This document shows, in pieces, positions 10,414-19,690 of a DNA stretch of 64,000 nt. A program made the translations under genes and the position numbers. A model generated the notes under the pieces. The model was not told the origin of the DNA, did no database searches, and saw only the letters and a list, made by a program, of their open reading frames with translations. Origin of the DNA: an uncultured Pseudomonadota bacterium (GTDB lineage Bacteria; Pseudomonadota; Alphaproteobacteria; Rs-D84). Each line of letters begins with the position of its first letter. Position 1 is the stretch's first letter. The stretch spans positions 4,579 through 68,578 of the forward strand of contig CASDTC010000004.1 in the NCBI GenBank assembly GCA_949283535.1. The letters run 5' to 3'.

Positions 10414-10491
10414 TGGGGCGGATGACCGGATTCGAACCGGCGACATTTGGTACCACAAACCAACGCTCTAACCAGCTGAGCTACATCCGCC
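10414..10491 (-). tRNA. tRNA-His (GTG) with encoded G-1 and CCA
   Basis: Cloverleaf with anticodon loop TTGTGGT, 8-bp acceptor G-1:C73, T-loop TTCGAAT. Confidence 0.85.
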
Positions 10492-10509
10492 AAACTAAAT
10501 TTCGGCATT

Positions 10510-10585
10510 TGGTGGAGCTGATCGGACTCGAACCGACGACCCCTTGCATGCCATGCAAGTGCTCTACCAACTGAGCTACAACCCC
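10510..10585 (-). tRNA. tRNA-Ala (GGC)
   Basis: Anticodon loop ATGGCAT, G3:U70 identity pair, A73, CCA encoded. Confidence 0.85.
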
Positions 10586-10666
10586 AATTGCGAAGATTAT
10601 TTTATATTTCTTCTTGCCAAATGTCAAATCAATTTGCTAATCTTTTTACACAAGAAGGAGATTTAC

Positions 10667-11227
10667 ATGGATTATCAAGCGTTGAAAGCCGAAGTTGAAC
10701 AAAAAACAGCCCAAACACTGGATGTATTAAAGGGTGAATATGCTGGTCTGCGCACAGGGCGCGCATCTGTACATTTACTGGACGGGGTTCGTGTGCCTGT
10801 ATATGGTTCGGATATGCCAATTAACCAGGTCGCAACCGTTGCAACCCCGGATAATCAAACATTAACTGTGACCGTGTGGGATGTTAATAATGCAAGTGCT
10901 GTTGAAAAGGCAATTCGTGATTCTGGATTGGGACTGAACCCAATGACTGCGGGCGGCGTTATCAGATTAAACATGCCGCCATTGACCGAAGAACGACGCA
11001 AAGAATTAACTAAGGTTGCCGGGAAATATGCCGAAGAAGCAAAAATATCTATGCGTAATATTCGTCAAGACGCGATGGGGAAAATTAAACGCGCCGTTGC
11101 AGATAAAGAAATTTCTGAAGATGATCAGCGTAAATACGAAGATGACCTGCAAAAGGTTTTTGAACGGCGCGCGGCAGATGTTGATACACTGGCGAAACAA
11201 AAAGAAGCGGATATTATGTCTGTATAA
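10667..11227 (+). CDS. frr: ribosome recycling factor
   Basis: MDYQALKAEVEQKT... with RBS aaggag. The ORF track's upstream TTG start would overlap tRNA-Ala. Confidence 0.9.
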   Translation: MDYQALKAEVEQKTAQTLDVLKGEYAGLRTGRASVHLLDGVRVPVYGSDMPINQVATVATPDNQTLTVTVWDVNNASAVEKAIRDSGLGLNPMTAGGVIRLNMPPLTEERRKELTKVAGKYAEEAKISMRNIRQDAMGKIKRAVADKEISEDDQRKYEDDLQKVFERRAADVDTLAKQKEADIMSV

Positions 11228-11261
11228 CCCAATATTAATTTTGCAAAACATTGGATAAAAA

Positions 11262-12026
11262 ATGTTGAAATTATTCAAAAAGAAAAAAAGCACTTTGCCA
11301 GTTGATACAACAAAAAAAGTGCCGCGACATATTGCGTTTATATGTGACGGCAATCGCCGCTGGGCAGAAGCACGCGGGCTGCCCCCATTGGCGGGTCACC
11401 GGGCGGGAATTGCAAATTTTGAAAATCTGGTTGATTGGTTTATTGCACGGGGCGTGACAACGATAACTTTCTTTCTGTTTTCAACTGAAAATTGGAACAG
11501 AAGTAAAGAAGAAGTCGATTTCTTGATGAACCTGTTCTATACGGAACTGGACAAGAATATGAAGCATGCGCTGGAAAAAAATCTGCGTTATCGTGTAATT
11601 GGTTCACGCGACAGATTACCGGCGAAATTGGCAAAAAAATGTGATGAATTAGAATCTGCATCTGCCGATGGAACAGCGGGTACGGTTGTTTTTGCATTAA
11701 ATTATGGCGGGCAAGATGAAATTGTTGCCGCAGTTAATGATGCAATTGCAGCGGGGCAACCGGTTGATAAAGAAATATTTGAAACATTCTTGGATACAGG
11801 TGAATTATTGCCAATTGATTTGATGGTTCGTACCAGTAATGAATTCAGAATATCTAATTTCTTGTTGTGGAAATTGGCATATGCGGAACTGTTATTTGTG
11901 CCAGAACACTGGCCAGATTTAGTGCGCGATGAAAAAATGTGGCAATATACACTGGATGAATATGCAAAACGCAATCGTCGATTTGGTGGTGGAAAAAAGG
12001 CAAATTATTCAGGTAATGCAAAATAA
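11262..12026 (+). CDS. uppS: undecaprenyl diphosphate synthase
   Basis: HIAFICDGNRRWA and the NYGGQDEI motif. Confidence 0.9.
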   Translation: MLKLFKKKKSTLPVDTTKKVPRHIAFICDGNRRWAEARGLPPLAGHRAGIANFENLVDWFIARGVTTITFFLFSTENWNRSKEEVDFLMNLFYTELDKNMKHALEKNLRYRVIGSRDRLPAKLAKKCDELESASADGTAGTVVFALNYGGQDEIVAAVNDAIAAGQPVDKEIFETFLDTGELLPIDLMVRTSNEFRISNFLLWKLAYAELLFVPEHWPDLVRDEKMWQYTLDEYAKRNRRFGGGKKANYSGNAK

Positions 12027-12043
12027 AATATAGGGTCAAATAA

Positions 12044-12688
12044 ATGTCAAATACAGCAAAACGCGTTCTGGTTGGTGTAATTATGGGTTTGATTGTAATT
12101 GCCGCCGGAATTGGTGAATATTATGGTTTTAATGCGGTCAGATATTTGGGAATCTTTGTCGTGGCAATGATGATTGCAGAAATGATAATATGCATATCCC
12201 GCACACCACGCGATGTATTAAAGAAAAATTGGTATTCTTTTGGGGCGTTTTTAGTATTATTAATTATAATGTTGGCGGCGGTTAATCATGTTGGTGCGCG
12301 CCCGTGGATTATGTTATTACTGTTATTAACAATATGCGCCGCGGATATTGGGGCATGGTTCTTTGGGCGATTAATTGGCGGTGATAAAATGTGGGAACGA
12401 ATTTCACCATCAAAAACATGGTCGGGACAAATTGCCGGAATTTTATGCGGAACATTTGCATCAATAATGTATGGCTTGTTGGGCACTGATATGTTTATGC
12501 CGCAATTGATGTGGATTGGTATCAGTGTTTCATTATTAAGTCAATATGGCGATTTAACCGCCAGTTGGATAAAGCGCAAAATGGGTCTGAAAGATTTTGG
12601 TCGAATACTGCCCGGGCATGGTGGAATGCTGGACAGATTTGATGGATGGATTTATGTTTTGCCACTGATATGGTTAGTTATGCTGTAA
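12044..12688 (+). CDS. cdsA: phosphatidate cytidylyltransferase (short form)
   Basis: CTP_transf_1 C-terminal motif SWIKRKMGLKDFGRILPGHGGMLDRFD. Confidence 0.8.
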   Translation: MSNTAKRVLVGVIMGLIVIAAGIGEYYGFNAVRYLGIFVVAMMIAEMIICISRTPRDVLKKNWYSFGAFLVLLIIMLAAVNHVGARPWIMLLLLLTICAADIGAWFFGRLIGGDKMWERISPSKTWSGQIAGILCGTFASIMYGLLGTDMFMPQLMWIGISVSLLSQYGDLTASWIKRKMGLKDFGRILPGHGGMLDRFDGWIYVLPLIWLVML

Positions 12689-12718
12689 TATAATTATAGG
12701 GTCAAAGGATTTTTTATC

Positions 12719-13777
12719 ATGCAGATTGTTTTAGCCATTATTGCATTATTAATTGTCTTGGGCATTGTTGTTTTCGTGCATGAATTGGGGCATTTCCTGG
12801 CTGCGCGTTGGGCGGGTGTGCGTGTTAATACTTTTTCAATCGGTTTTGGTCCTGCAATCGTTAAATGGCATGATAAACATGGTACTGAATGGAAGATTGC
12901 ATGCTTGCCATTGGGTGGATATGTTTCTATATACGGACAAGAAGATATGTTCGATCGGAAAAAGTATGCTGCCCTGCCCGCGGACAAAAAGAAAGGACAT
13001 TATCTGTCTGTACCCGCGTGGAAGCAATTTATTATCATTGCCGCCGGCGTCACAATGAACTTTGTTTTGGCATGGATAATATATTCGGCGATGTTTATGG
13101 CAAAACCACGCGAAGTTCAGTTGCCTGTTGTTGGTCAGGTTATCCAGGAATCTGTTGCATTTAATGCCGGCGTTAAACCGGGCGATATCGTTATGCAAAT
13201 TGATGATGAAAAAATCACTAATTGGGGCGAACTGATAATTGCCAAAGAATTGGCATCGACACATGATGCGGATGTTTTGTTGTTGCGCGACACAGATTTA
13301 GTACGCGTACAATTATCACCTGCGGAACGGTGGGGATTAATTGCCGATGGCAGCAAAACAGAATTACGCAAAAAAGGATTTCTTGACGGATTATATGCCG
13401 GCGCGCGCGAAACATATTATCAATCAAAAACTTTATTGGTCGTTTTAAAACAAATTGTAACGGGGGAACGGTCGTCTAAACAACTGGGGTCGTTCATAAC
13501 AATTGCCGAAGTTTCAGGTCAGGCGTTGGCAATGGGTTTGTGGGCATTATTGTCGATAATTGCACTGTTATCTGTTAATCTGGCGGTGATAAATTTGTTG
13601 CCATTGCCAGTGTTGGACGGTGGGTATTTGTTGATATTGATTATAGAGGCGATTACCCGGCGCAAACTGGGGGGGCGTGGTATGGAAATCGCAATTATTG
13701 CGGGGTGGTTATTTATAATCGCATTATTTGCATTAACCATGTGGAATGATTTGGCGCGTGTATTTGGATTGAATTAA
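12719..13777 (+). CDS. rseP: RIP zinc metalloprotease RseP
   Basis: HELGHF motif, PDZ domain, C-terminal LDGG motif. Confidence 0.85.
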   Translation: MQIVLAIIALLIVLGIVVFVHELGHFLAARWAGVRVNTFSIGFGPAIVKWHDKHGTEWKIACLPLGGYVSIYGQEDMFDRKKYAALPADKKKGHYLSVPAWKQFIIIAAGVTMNFVLAWIIYSAMFMAKPREVQLPVVGQVIQESVAFNAGVKPGDIVMQIDDEKITNWGELIIAKELASTHDADVLLLRDTDLVRVQLSPAERWGLIADGSKTELRKKGFLDGLYAGARETYYQSKTLLVVLKQIVTGERSSKQLGSFITIAEVSGQALAMGLWALLSIIALLSVNLAVINLLPLPVLDGGYLLILIIEAITRRKLGGRGMEIAIIAGWLFIIALFALTMWNDLARVFGLN

Positions 13778-13778
13778 C

Positions 13779-16049
13779 ATGAATAAAAGAAAAATATTTT
13801 TTGCCACCGCTGCAATTATTGCAGCACATAGCGCAAATGCCGCGATAGTGTCGCGCATTGATGTCAGTGGGAACAAACGCATGGATGCAGAATCTGTACG
13901 CATTCTGTCGGATGTAAAGGTTGGTGATAATGTAAATGCAGAACGCGCAAATCAGATTGCAAAAAAACTGCAAGAAAGTGGATATTTTTCCAGCGTCAGT
14001 GTGCGTATGTCGGGTAATGTATTAAAAATAAATATTACAGAGGCGCCAACCGTCAATATGGTTACAATTGAAGGTAATGACGAAGTCGACACCGATGATT
14101 TAAAAAAAGAACTGCGATTAAAAGCCCGTTCATCATATGATGAATCCGTTATTGGTGCCGATGTACAACGCATGTTGACCATATACCAGCGCAATGGATT
14201 CTTTGGGACAAAGATTGAACCAAAAAAAATTGATTTGGATGATAATCGGGTAAATGTTGTATATGAAATTACCGAAGGTCATCCAACATATATTACAGAT
14301 ATTAATTTCGAAGGGAATAAAGTTTTCAGCGACCGGACATTGCGTGGCGAAATATTATCGCGCGAACACGCATGGTGGCGTTTTATGACGCAATTTGATG
14401 TCTTTGACGAAGACCGCATAATGTATGACCAGCAAATGATACGACAATTTTATATGCGCAATGGTTATGTCGATATCCAGATTACCGATGCAAATGGTGT
14501 TTTTACACCTGACCGTCAATACTATTCTGTAACATTTACTGTGGACGAAGGGGAAAAGTATGATTTTGGGAAAATCACCATTGAAAATCCATTCCCAGAT
14601 GTCCCAGATGATGAACTGTATGATGTCGTTGCATTTGATGATGGCGATGTGTATAACATTGATTTAGTTGATGAAACAATATCAAAACTGCGCGGGGCGG
14701 TCGCCGATCATGGATATGCGTTTATAAATGTTGACCCAATTCCAACAAAGAACGACGACACAAAAACCATTGATATGGTATTCAAGATTCAAAAAACAAA
14801 TCGTATATACCTGAATAACATTAATATATTGGGAAATGTCAGAACATTTGATTCCGTTATTGAACAGTTAATCCCAATGCGTTCGGGCGATCCGTTTTCG
14901 TTGCAAACAATTGAAGAAGGACGCCAAAACCTGATGCGGACGCGTTATTTCAAAGATGTTCAAATGATTCCAAATCGTATTGCGGATGCCAATATGATTA
15001 ATCTGGATATCCAGGTCGAAGAACAACCGACGGGCGAATTATCTGGTGGTTTTGGTTGGTCAAACATCAATGGTTTTATGGTTGATGCCGGAATCACAGA
15101 AAGCAACTTTATGGGGCGCGGTCAGATTGTCCAACTGCGTGGGTCAATCGCCCAATATCAAAAGCAAGCGTTATTTAGCTTTACCGAACCATATTTATTT
15201 GGGCGCCCATTATCCGCAGGATTTGATGTATCGTATACAATGTATGATTATTCGTCGCTGGGCGGTTTTGGTTATGACCGTGATTCTTTGACTGTGGCGG
15301 GGCGTATGGGTTGGAAATTAACAGATCATTGGTCCCAGACTGTGCGTCTGTCGGCATCATTTGATCAAAATTATGATATTCAATCAGAAACGGGTTGGCG
15401 TGATGCAAATCTGTATACATTGGGAACATATTTGCGATATTACAATCTGGATACGAATTTTGAACAAAATACACATACGGGTGTTGTCGGTAATATTGGC
15501 GTTGCATATACTGGATTTGGCGGGACAGAATCATATATGCGATACAGTGCCGATATTACGGGTATGATAAAGTTCTGGGACGATCGCTGGCAATTGCGTT
15601 CATCGCTGGAATTTGGCGCGTTGCAACCAATTGGTGGGGACTATATTTCCCGTGTATACCGTTATTTCTTGGGCGGTGAATCGTTGCGCGGATTTGATAT
15701 TGCGGGCATTGGTTCCCGAAACTGGGCATATACGACATATTCATTGGGTGGACTGTGGAAACTGAACGGTTCAACACAATTGAATTTCCCGATATTTATC
15801 CCGGATGAATATCAAATAAAGGGTTTTGTATTCTTTGATTATGGAATCTTGGGCAAACCACCAAAAGAAGAATACACATACTATGGTCGTGCAAACTATA
15901 TCGACAGCGATTTGCGTACATCTGTTGGTGTGGGTATTTATTGGAATACACCAATGGGACCGATGAATTTCAGTTGGGGATGGCCATTAAAAATGAACAA
16001 GTATGATCGCGAGCAGCGTTTCTTGTTATCGTTCGAAACACAATTTTAA
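13779..16049 (+). CDS. bamA: outer membrane protein assembly factor BamA
   Basis: 756 aa, signal peptide, POTRA repeats, C-terminal barrel ending ...LSFETQF. Confidence 0.9.
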   Translation: MNKRKIFFATAAIIAAHSANAAIVSRIDVSGNKRMDAESVRILSDVKVGDNVNAERANQIAKKLQESGYFSSVSVRMSGNVLKINITEAPTVNMVTIEGNDEVDTDDLKKELRLKARSSYDESVIGADVQRMLTIYQRNGFFGTKIEPKKIDLDDNRVNVVYEITEGHPTYITDINFEGNKVFSDRTLRGEILSREHAWWRFMTQFDVFDEDRIMYDQQMIRQFYMRNGYVDIQITDANGVFTPDRQYYSVTFTVDEGEKYDFGKITIENPFPDVPDDELYDVVAFDDGDVYNIDLVDETISKLRGAVADHGYAFINVDPIPTKNDDTKTIDMVFKIQKTNRIYLNNINILGNVRTFDSVIEQLIPMRSGDPFSLQTIEEGRQNLMRTRYFKDVQMIPNRIADANMINLDIQVEEQPTGELSGGFGWSNINGFMVDAGITESNFMGRGQIVQLRGSIAQYQKQALFSFTEPYLFGRPLSAGFDVSYTMYDYSSLGGFGYDRDSLTVAGRMGWKLTDHWSQTVRLSASFDQNYDIQSETGWRDANLYTLGTYLRYYNLDTNFEQNTHTGVVGNIGVAYTGFGGTESYMRYSADITGMIKFWDDRWQLRSSLEFGALQPIGGDYISRVYRYFLGGESLRGFDIAGIGSRNWAYTTYSLGGLWKLNGSTQLNFPIFIPDEYQIKGFVFFDYGILGKPPKEEYTYYGRANYIDSDLRTSVGVGIYWNTPMGPMNFSWGWPLKMNKYDREQRFLLSFETQF

Positions 16050-16054
16050 ATTGA

Positions 16055-16088
16055 AAATGTTGCGGGAATAACCCGCAACTTTTCTTTT
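16055..16088 (+). terminator. rho-independent terminator after bamA
   Basis: ttgcgggaataacccgcaacttttc. Confidence 0.5.
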
Positions 16089-16092
16089 ACGC

Positions 16093-16122
16093 TTGACGCA
16101 TTACGCGAATTTTTCTTATAAT
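16093..16122 (+). promoter_or_regulatory. sigma70-like promoter (TTGACG, 18-nt spacer, TATAAT)
   Basis: Near-consensus -35 and -10 hexamers about 25 nt upstream of the RBS of the 48-aa lipoprotein gene. Confidence 0.4.
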
Positions 16123-16144
16123 TCAACTATCAAGGGGGATAGGC

Positions 16145-16291
16145 ATGAAGAAAGTTATATTGGGACTGTTTGTTGCATTGGCATTGGCAGGTTGTGGTCA
16201 AGTTTATGACCGGGAACCGGTTGGTGTTGGATACGACAACAATGAATTAAAATTAAGTCCATGCGCATGCATCATGGTATTCCAGGCGTAA
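16145..16291 (+). CDS. 48-aa lipoprotein
   Basis: MKKVILGLFVALALAGCGQ... lipobox. RBS aagggggatagg. Not in the ORF track because it is shorter than 60 aa. Confidence 0.45.
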   Translation: MKKVILGLFVALALAGCGQVYDREPVGVGYDNNELKLSPCACIMVFQA

Positions 16292-16316
16292 TAACATCAT
16301 AAATACACGGGGGACA

Positions 16317-17024
16317 ATGTCGCGGGATTATCCGAACAATTTTGATACGCCGGCGTTCCCGGCGGGCAAGTCTGTTGCATTGGCGCGATTTATGGCAATT
16401 GCATCGTGCGTGATGTTTTTGCTGGTGATATTTATGTGCGTGTTGGTGCTGTGGGGGGCGCGTTCGCAACGCATTGATCCATTTATTGTATCGATTGATA
16501 ATCTGACAGGTCAATGGACCGTTGTTGGACATTCACACGAAAATGGTCCAATTGAATATTCGGCATTAAAATCAATCCAAGAATCTGTTATTGGAAATTT
16601 CGCCGCAGATTGGTTTGCAATATCTGGGAACGATGATGAAAATAATCGCATATGGAAAACATGCGATCGCGATGTGGACTGTGGTGAAAATAATACACGC
16701 CCATATGGGGATAAAACATGTGAATTATATTGCATCAGTGGCGAAGACTTGTTTTCTGGGTTCGTATACGATGTTATCCCAGATTATCAAATGCGTGTGG
16801 AAAATGGCGAACGGTGGATTATTGATAAATCAGAAATTCAACTGGAACCAGCGGGCGACATAACAGTAAACGGTGGAACATGGCGAATGTCGGCAACAAT
16901 TCAATCAAATATCAATGGCGATATAAATATTGTTGCATTTATAAAAGTTGCCAGAAATACAGATAAATATTCACAAACATTGGGATATTATGTTGCAGAT
17001 TTTAATGCGTACAAGATAAATTGA
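16317..17024 (+). CDS. VirB8-like type IV secretion inner-membrane protein
   Basis: Short cytoplasmic N-terminus and one TM segment. Periplasmic domain has IVSIDNLTGQWTVVG (compare VirB8 IRVDNATGIVDVV) and C-terminal LGYYVADFNAY (compare NPLGFQVTSYRAD). Confidence 0.45.
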   Translation: MSRDYPNNFDTPAFPAGKSVALARFMAIASCVMFLLVIFMCVLVLWGARSQRIDPFIVSIDNLTGQWTVVGHSHENGPIEYSALKSIQESVIGNFAADWFAISGNDDENNRIWKTCDRDVDCGENNTRPYGDKTCELYCISGEDLFSGFVYDVIPDYQMRVENGERWIIDKSEIQLEPAGDITVNGGTWRMSATIQSNINGDINIVAFIKVARNTDKYSQTLGYYVADFNAYKIN

Positions 17025-17668
17025 TGAAAAAACTGATTGTATTTTTATCGGGGTTAATAATGCTGGCACTGGCGGGGGCGGCAGTATACTTAACGGGCGC
17101 AATATTTGATGCAGGACGCGCCCAGGTTATAAAACCATATTTTTTCCAGCCGAATAATTTGTCTGAACGACGTCCGGGGGTGCCACTGACCGCCGCGGAT
17201 ATGGGGGATGCTGAATTCTTGGAATTATTGGTTCGCAAATATATAACAGAATATTTTTATGCCGCCCCAGACCCAGAAAATATCGCCCAGCGCACCAGTG
17301 GCAACAGCGTTTTAGCACGAATGTCATCAGCAGATGTTTTTAATAATTGGAACCAGACCGTGGCGCAAGACATACAAGAACTGGCAGATGATAAATCAAT
17401 GCGAACCGCACGCGTTATTGATAAAATCTTTAAACCCAGTGGCAGTGATTATTGGGTTGTGAATTATGAACTGACCACATGGACAAAACCAAATGATTTT
17501 AATGTTTTGCCCATTGTTAATCGTGGTACAATGTATATGAAAATAGTATACGAACCCAGAATGCGAACAACACCAGATATTAATGTATTGCACGACTATC
17601 TGGAAGCTGGCGGCGACCCAGCGGCAGTATTTCAATTTAATGTAATAGAGATTCAGGGAATAGAATAA
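17021..17668 (+). CDS. membrane-anchored periplasmic protein, possible second VirB8/DotI-like paralog
   Basis: N-terminal signal anchor. Weak VirB8-like LLVRKYITEYFY block. Start overlaps the upstream gene (ATGA). Confidence 0.3.
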   Translation: MMKKLIVFLSGLIMLALAGAAVYLTGAIFDAGRAQVIKPYFFQPNNLSERRPGVPLTAADMGDAEFLELLVRKYITEYFYAAPDPENIAQRTSGNSVLARMSSADVFNNWNQTVAQDIQELADDKSMRTARVIDKIFKPSGSDYWVVNYELTTWTKPNDFNVLPIVNRGTMYMKIVYEPRMRTTPDINVLHDYLEAGGDPAAVFQFNVIEIQGIE

Positions 17669-18450
17669 TGCATATCAAGGTGGGTATTTTTTCAATAATA
17701 TTTTTTATGGCGGCGGTTGTCCCAGTGTGTGCCGCAACAGATGCGTTTGAATTTGATAATTTCACCATTACAGAAAGTGGGGATGCTGACCTGAATGCCG
17801 CCGCGGTCAGTCTGAACGCTGGCGCACAACCAATTACTGTTAATAATTTTGACATTGCCGGCATAATGCTGGGGATGTCATTCGATGATGTGGAAACATT
17901 GTTTTTTAAGACCAAGGGGTTATACAGTCCGCGACGCGAAAACAGCATAATTTATTCAATTCAAAAAGATTGGAAATATAACCTGGATTATGAATGTCGG
18001 CAACAGGGAATATATGCCCCCGCCGAATTAGAACAATGCATAAATACACTGGCGCGCGACCGTGGTTTATTGTATGCCGCCGAATTACATCTGGTTCGTG
18101 AAAATACGGGTGAAACAATTGTTGTTTATTTTACCAGTAATGCCAGCGATAATGTTGTATGGCGCGTGCTGTACAATAACGATGTTAATGAAATCGAAGG
18201 CGACCATGAAAAATTTGCCGACCAGCGTGAAAAAAAGATTCTGGCATTCTGGCAGGGTGTCTTGGACAAATATGGTGCGCCGAATTCCGGAACCGATAAA
18301 TGGATTTCAACAAATAATGCATATGACCCGATGATGACGGCATATTATGGTTCACTGGATTTGGTGGATAATGGTTTGAATGCGTCAGATATGGCAAAGA
18401 ATGTCCAGCAAGCCCGCGAAAATTTCCAGGCAAAACCATATGCATTTTAA
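17668..18450 (+). CDS. secreted hypothetical protein
   Basis: Signal peptide MHIKVGIFSIIFFMAAVVPVCAA. Start is adjacent to the stop of the upstream gene. Confidence 0.5.
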   Translation: MHIKVGIFSIIFFMAAVVPVCAATDAFEFDNFTITESGDADLNAAAVSLNAGAQPITVNNFDIAGIMLGMSFDDVETLFFKTKGLYSPRRENSIIYSIQKDWKYNLDYECRQQGIYAPAELEQCINTLARDRGLLYAAELHLVRENTGETIVVYFTSNASDNVVWRVLYNNDVNEIEGDHEKFADQREKKILAFWQGVLDKYGAPNSGTDKWISTNNAYDPMMTAYYGSLDLVDNGLNASDMAKNVQQARENFQAKPYAF

Positions 18451-18826
18451 TATCAAATGTTTTTTCACTTTACATTTTAAATGCCCTGAATTAAGATAAA
18501 ACTGGATTTCAATGGGAATTGGAATTCGGGACTTAGAACATCCCTTCAAGGTCGGTGCAGCGCACCGTAAAAAAACGGTGCGATTGCACTGTTTCCCGAC
18601 ATATGTACCAGGTCGGGTTGTCATTGGTTATACAACAGGTGAAAACTAAAAGCCAATGGGGGCATTAACTTGATGATTGTTCTAACATCCCGACCGCCAA
18701 TAAATTTCAGGCGTTTTTTCTTTTTCCATATGTGTCCAAATTTATTCCCACACGGGTGGATGCGTGCGCCATACCCAAAACGCACGGAATTGGAAATCTG
18801 TTTTCTGATTGTTTGAATAATTAAAC

Positions 18827-19189
18827 TTGTTATATAATGATTCTGGAATGAATTCTTATAAAACAGGTCTGGTTTCGGAATTTATTGCGCGGATGTATTT
18901 GCGTCTGCATGGGTGTCGTATTTTAAAAAAACGGTATATCACCGGGCGAAATACTGGACGCGCCGAAATAGATATCATTGCACGCCGTGGAAATTTACTG
19001 TTGTTTGTCGAGGTTAAATATCGCCCAGATATTACCACTGGTATATGCGCAATCAGTCGTCCCCAGGCGGCGCGTCTGCGCCGCAGTGCCGAAACATATA
19101 TCGCGCGCACGCACTGGACGGGGAATGCCCGATTTGATGCAATTATTGTCATGCCGCATAAAATCCGTTGGATTCAGGGGATAATATAA
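18827..19189 (+). CDS. yraN: YraN-family (UPF0102) endonuclease
   Basis: 120 aa with EIDIIARRG...LLFVEVKYR core. Confidence 0.75.
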   Translation: MLYNDSGMNSYKTGLVSEFIARMYLRLHGCRILKKRYITGRNTGRAEIDIIARRGNLLLFVEVKYRPDITTGICAISRPQAARLRRSAETYIARTHWTGNARFDAIIVMPHKIRWIQGII

Positions 19190-19258
19190 AGCCCCTTGCA
19201 TGTGGAACATGATTCCTGTATAATCAATTTGTACTTTTTCAAGAAAAAGGAGAATCAT

Positions 19259-19405
19259 ATGAAAAAAGTTATGTTGGCATTATTTGCAGTTTTGACACTG
19301 GCGGCATGCACAGGTTCATATAAACAGGGCAACTGTGAATATGATTTCTTGTTGCACAAAGATATTTCTATTTCTAAATGGATTGGCGCCGCAACTGGTT
19401 GCTAA
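19259..19405 (+). CDS. 48-aa lipoprotein
   Basis: MKKVMLALFAVLTLAACTG lipobox. RBS aaggagaatcat. Terminator hairpin at about 19405-19440. Confidence 0.45.
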   Translation: MKKVMLALFAVLTLAACTGSYKQGNCEYDFLLHKDISISKWIGAATGC

Positions 19406-19464
19406 AAACGAAAAACGCCCCAAAATGGGGCGTTTTTTATCGCGAATACAGCAGAAGTCCCCAC

Positions 19465-19620
19465 TGTCATCGCGAGCCATCGCAGATGGCGTGGCGATCC
19501 AGTCATAATAGAGTCGCGCATACGCGCGTGCATTATTTACTGGATTGCTTCGTTTCACTCGCAATGACAAGAGAGTGTGTTTATTGGACTTGTGCGGGCG
19601 TTTGGCGAGCAATGACAATG
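19465..19620. repeat. MITE-like composite repeat, copy B (inverted relative to copy A)
   Basis: Contains the reverse complement of the 56-nt core and flanking TGTCATCGCGAG / CTCGCAATGACA units. Confidence 0.7.
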
Positions 19621-19690
19621 GGTAATTATCGTACTGACCGGCACGGATAACGAATCATTGTGATTGGAAATACTAATAATATTCTGGTTT

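Noticed and set aside
10544-10666. TTG-initiated N-terminal extension of frr
   Set aside because: It would be translated through tRNA-Ala on the opposite strand. The real start is the ATG at 10667, 8 nt after aaggag.
18480-18720. Possible RNase P RNA / SRP RNA / tmRNA in the bamA-yraN spacer (GGUGCAGCGCACC resembles the RNase P P10-12 GGUAAGAGCGCACC motif)
   Set aside because: Other universal RNase P blocks (GGAAAGUCCGGGCUCC, ACAGAACCCGGCUUA) are absent. The SRP domain IV and tmRNA tag-reading-frame motifs are also absent. It is kept only as an unclassified structured region.
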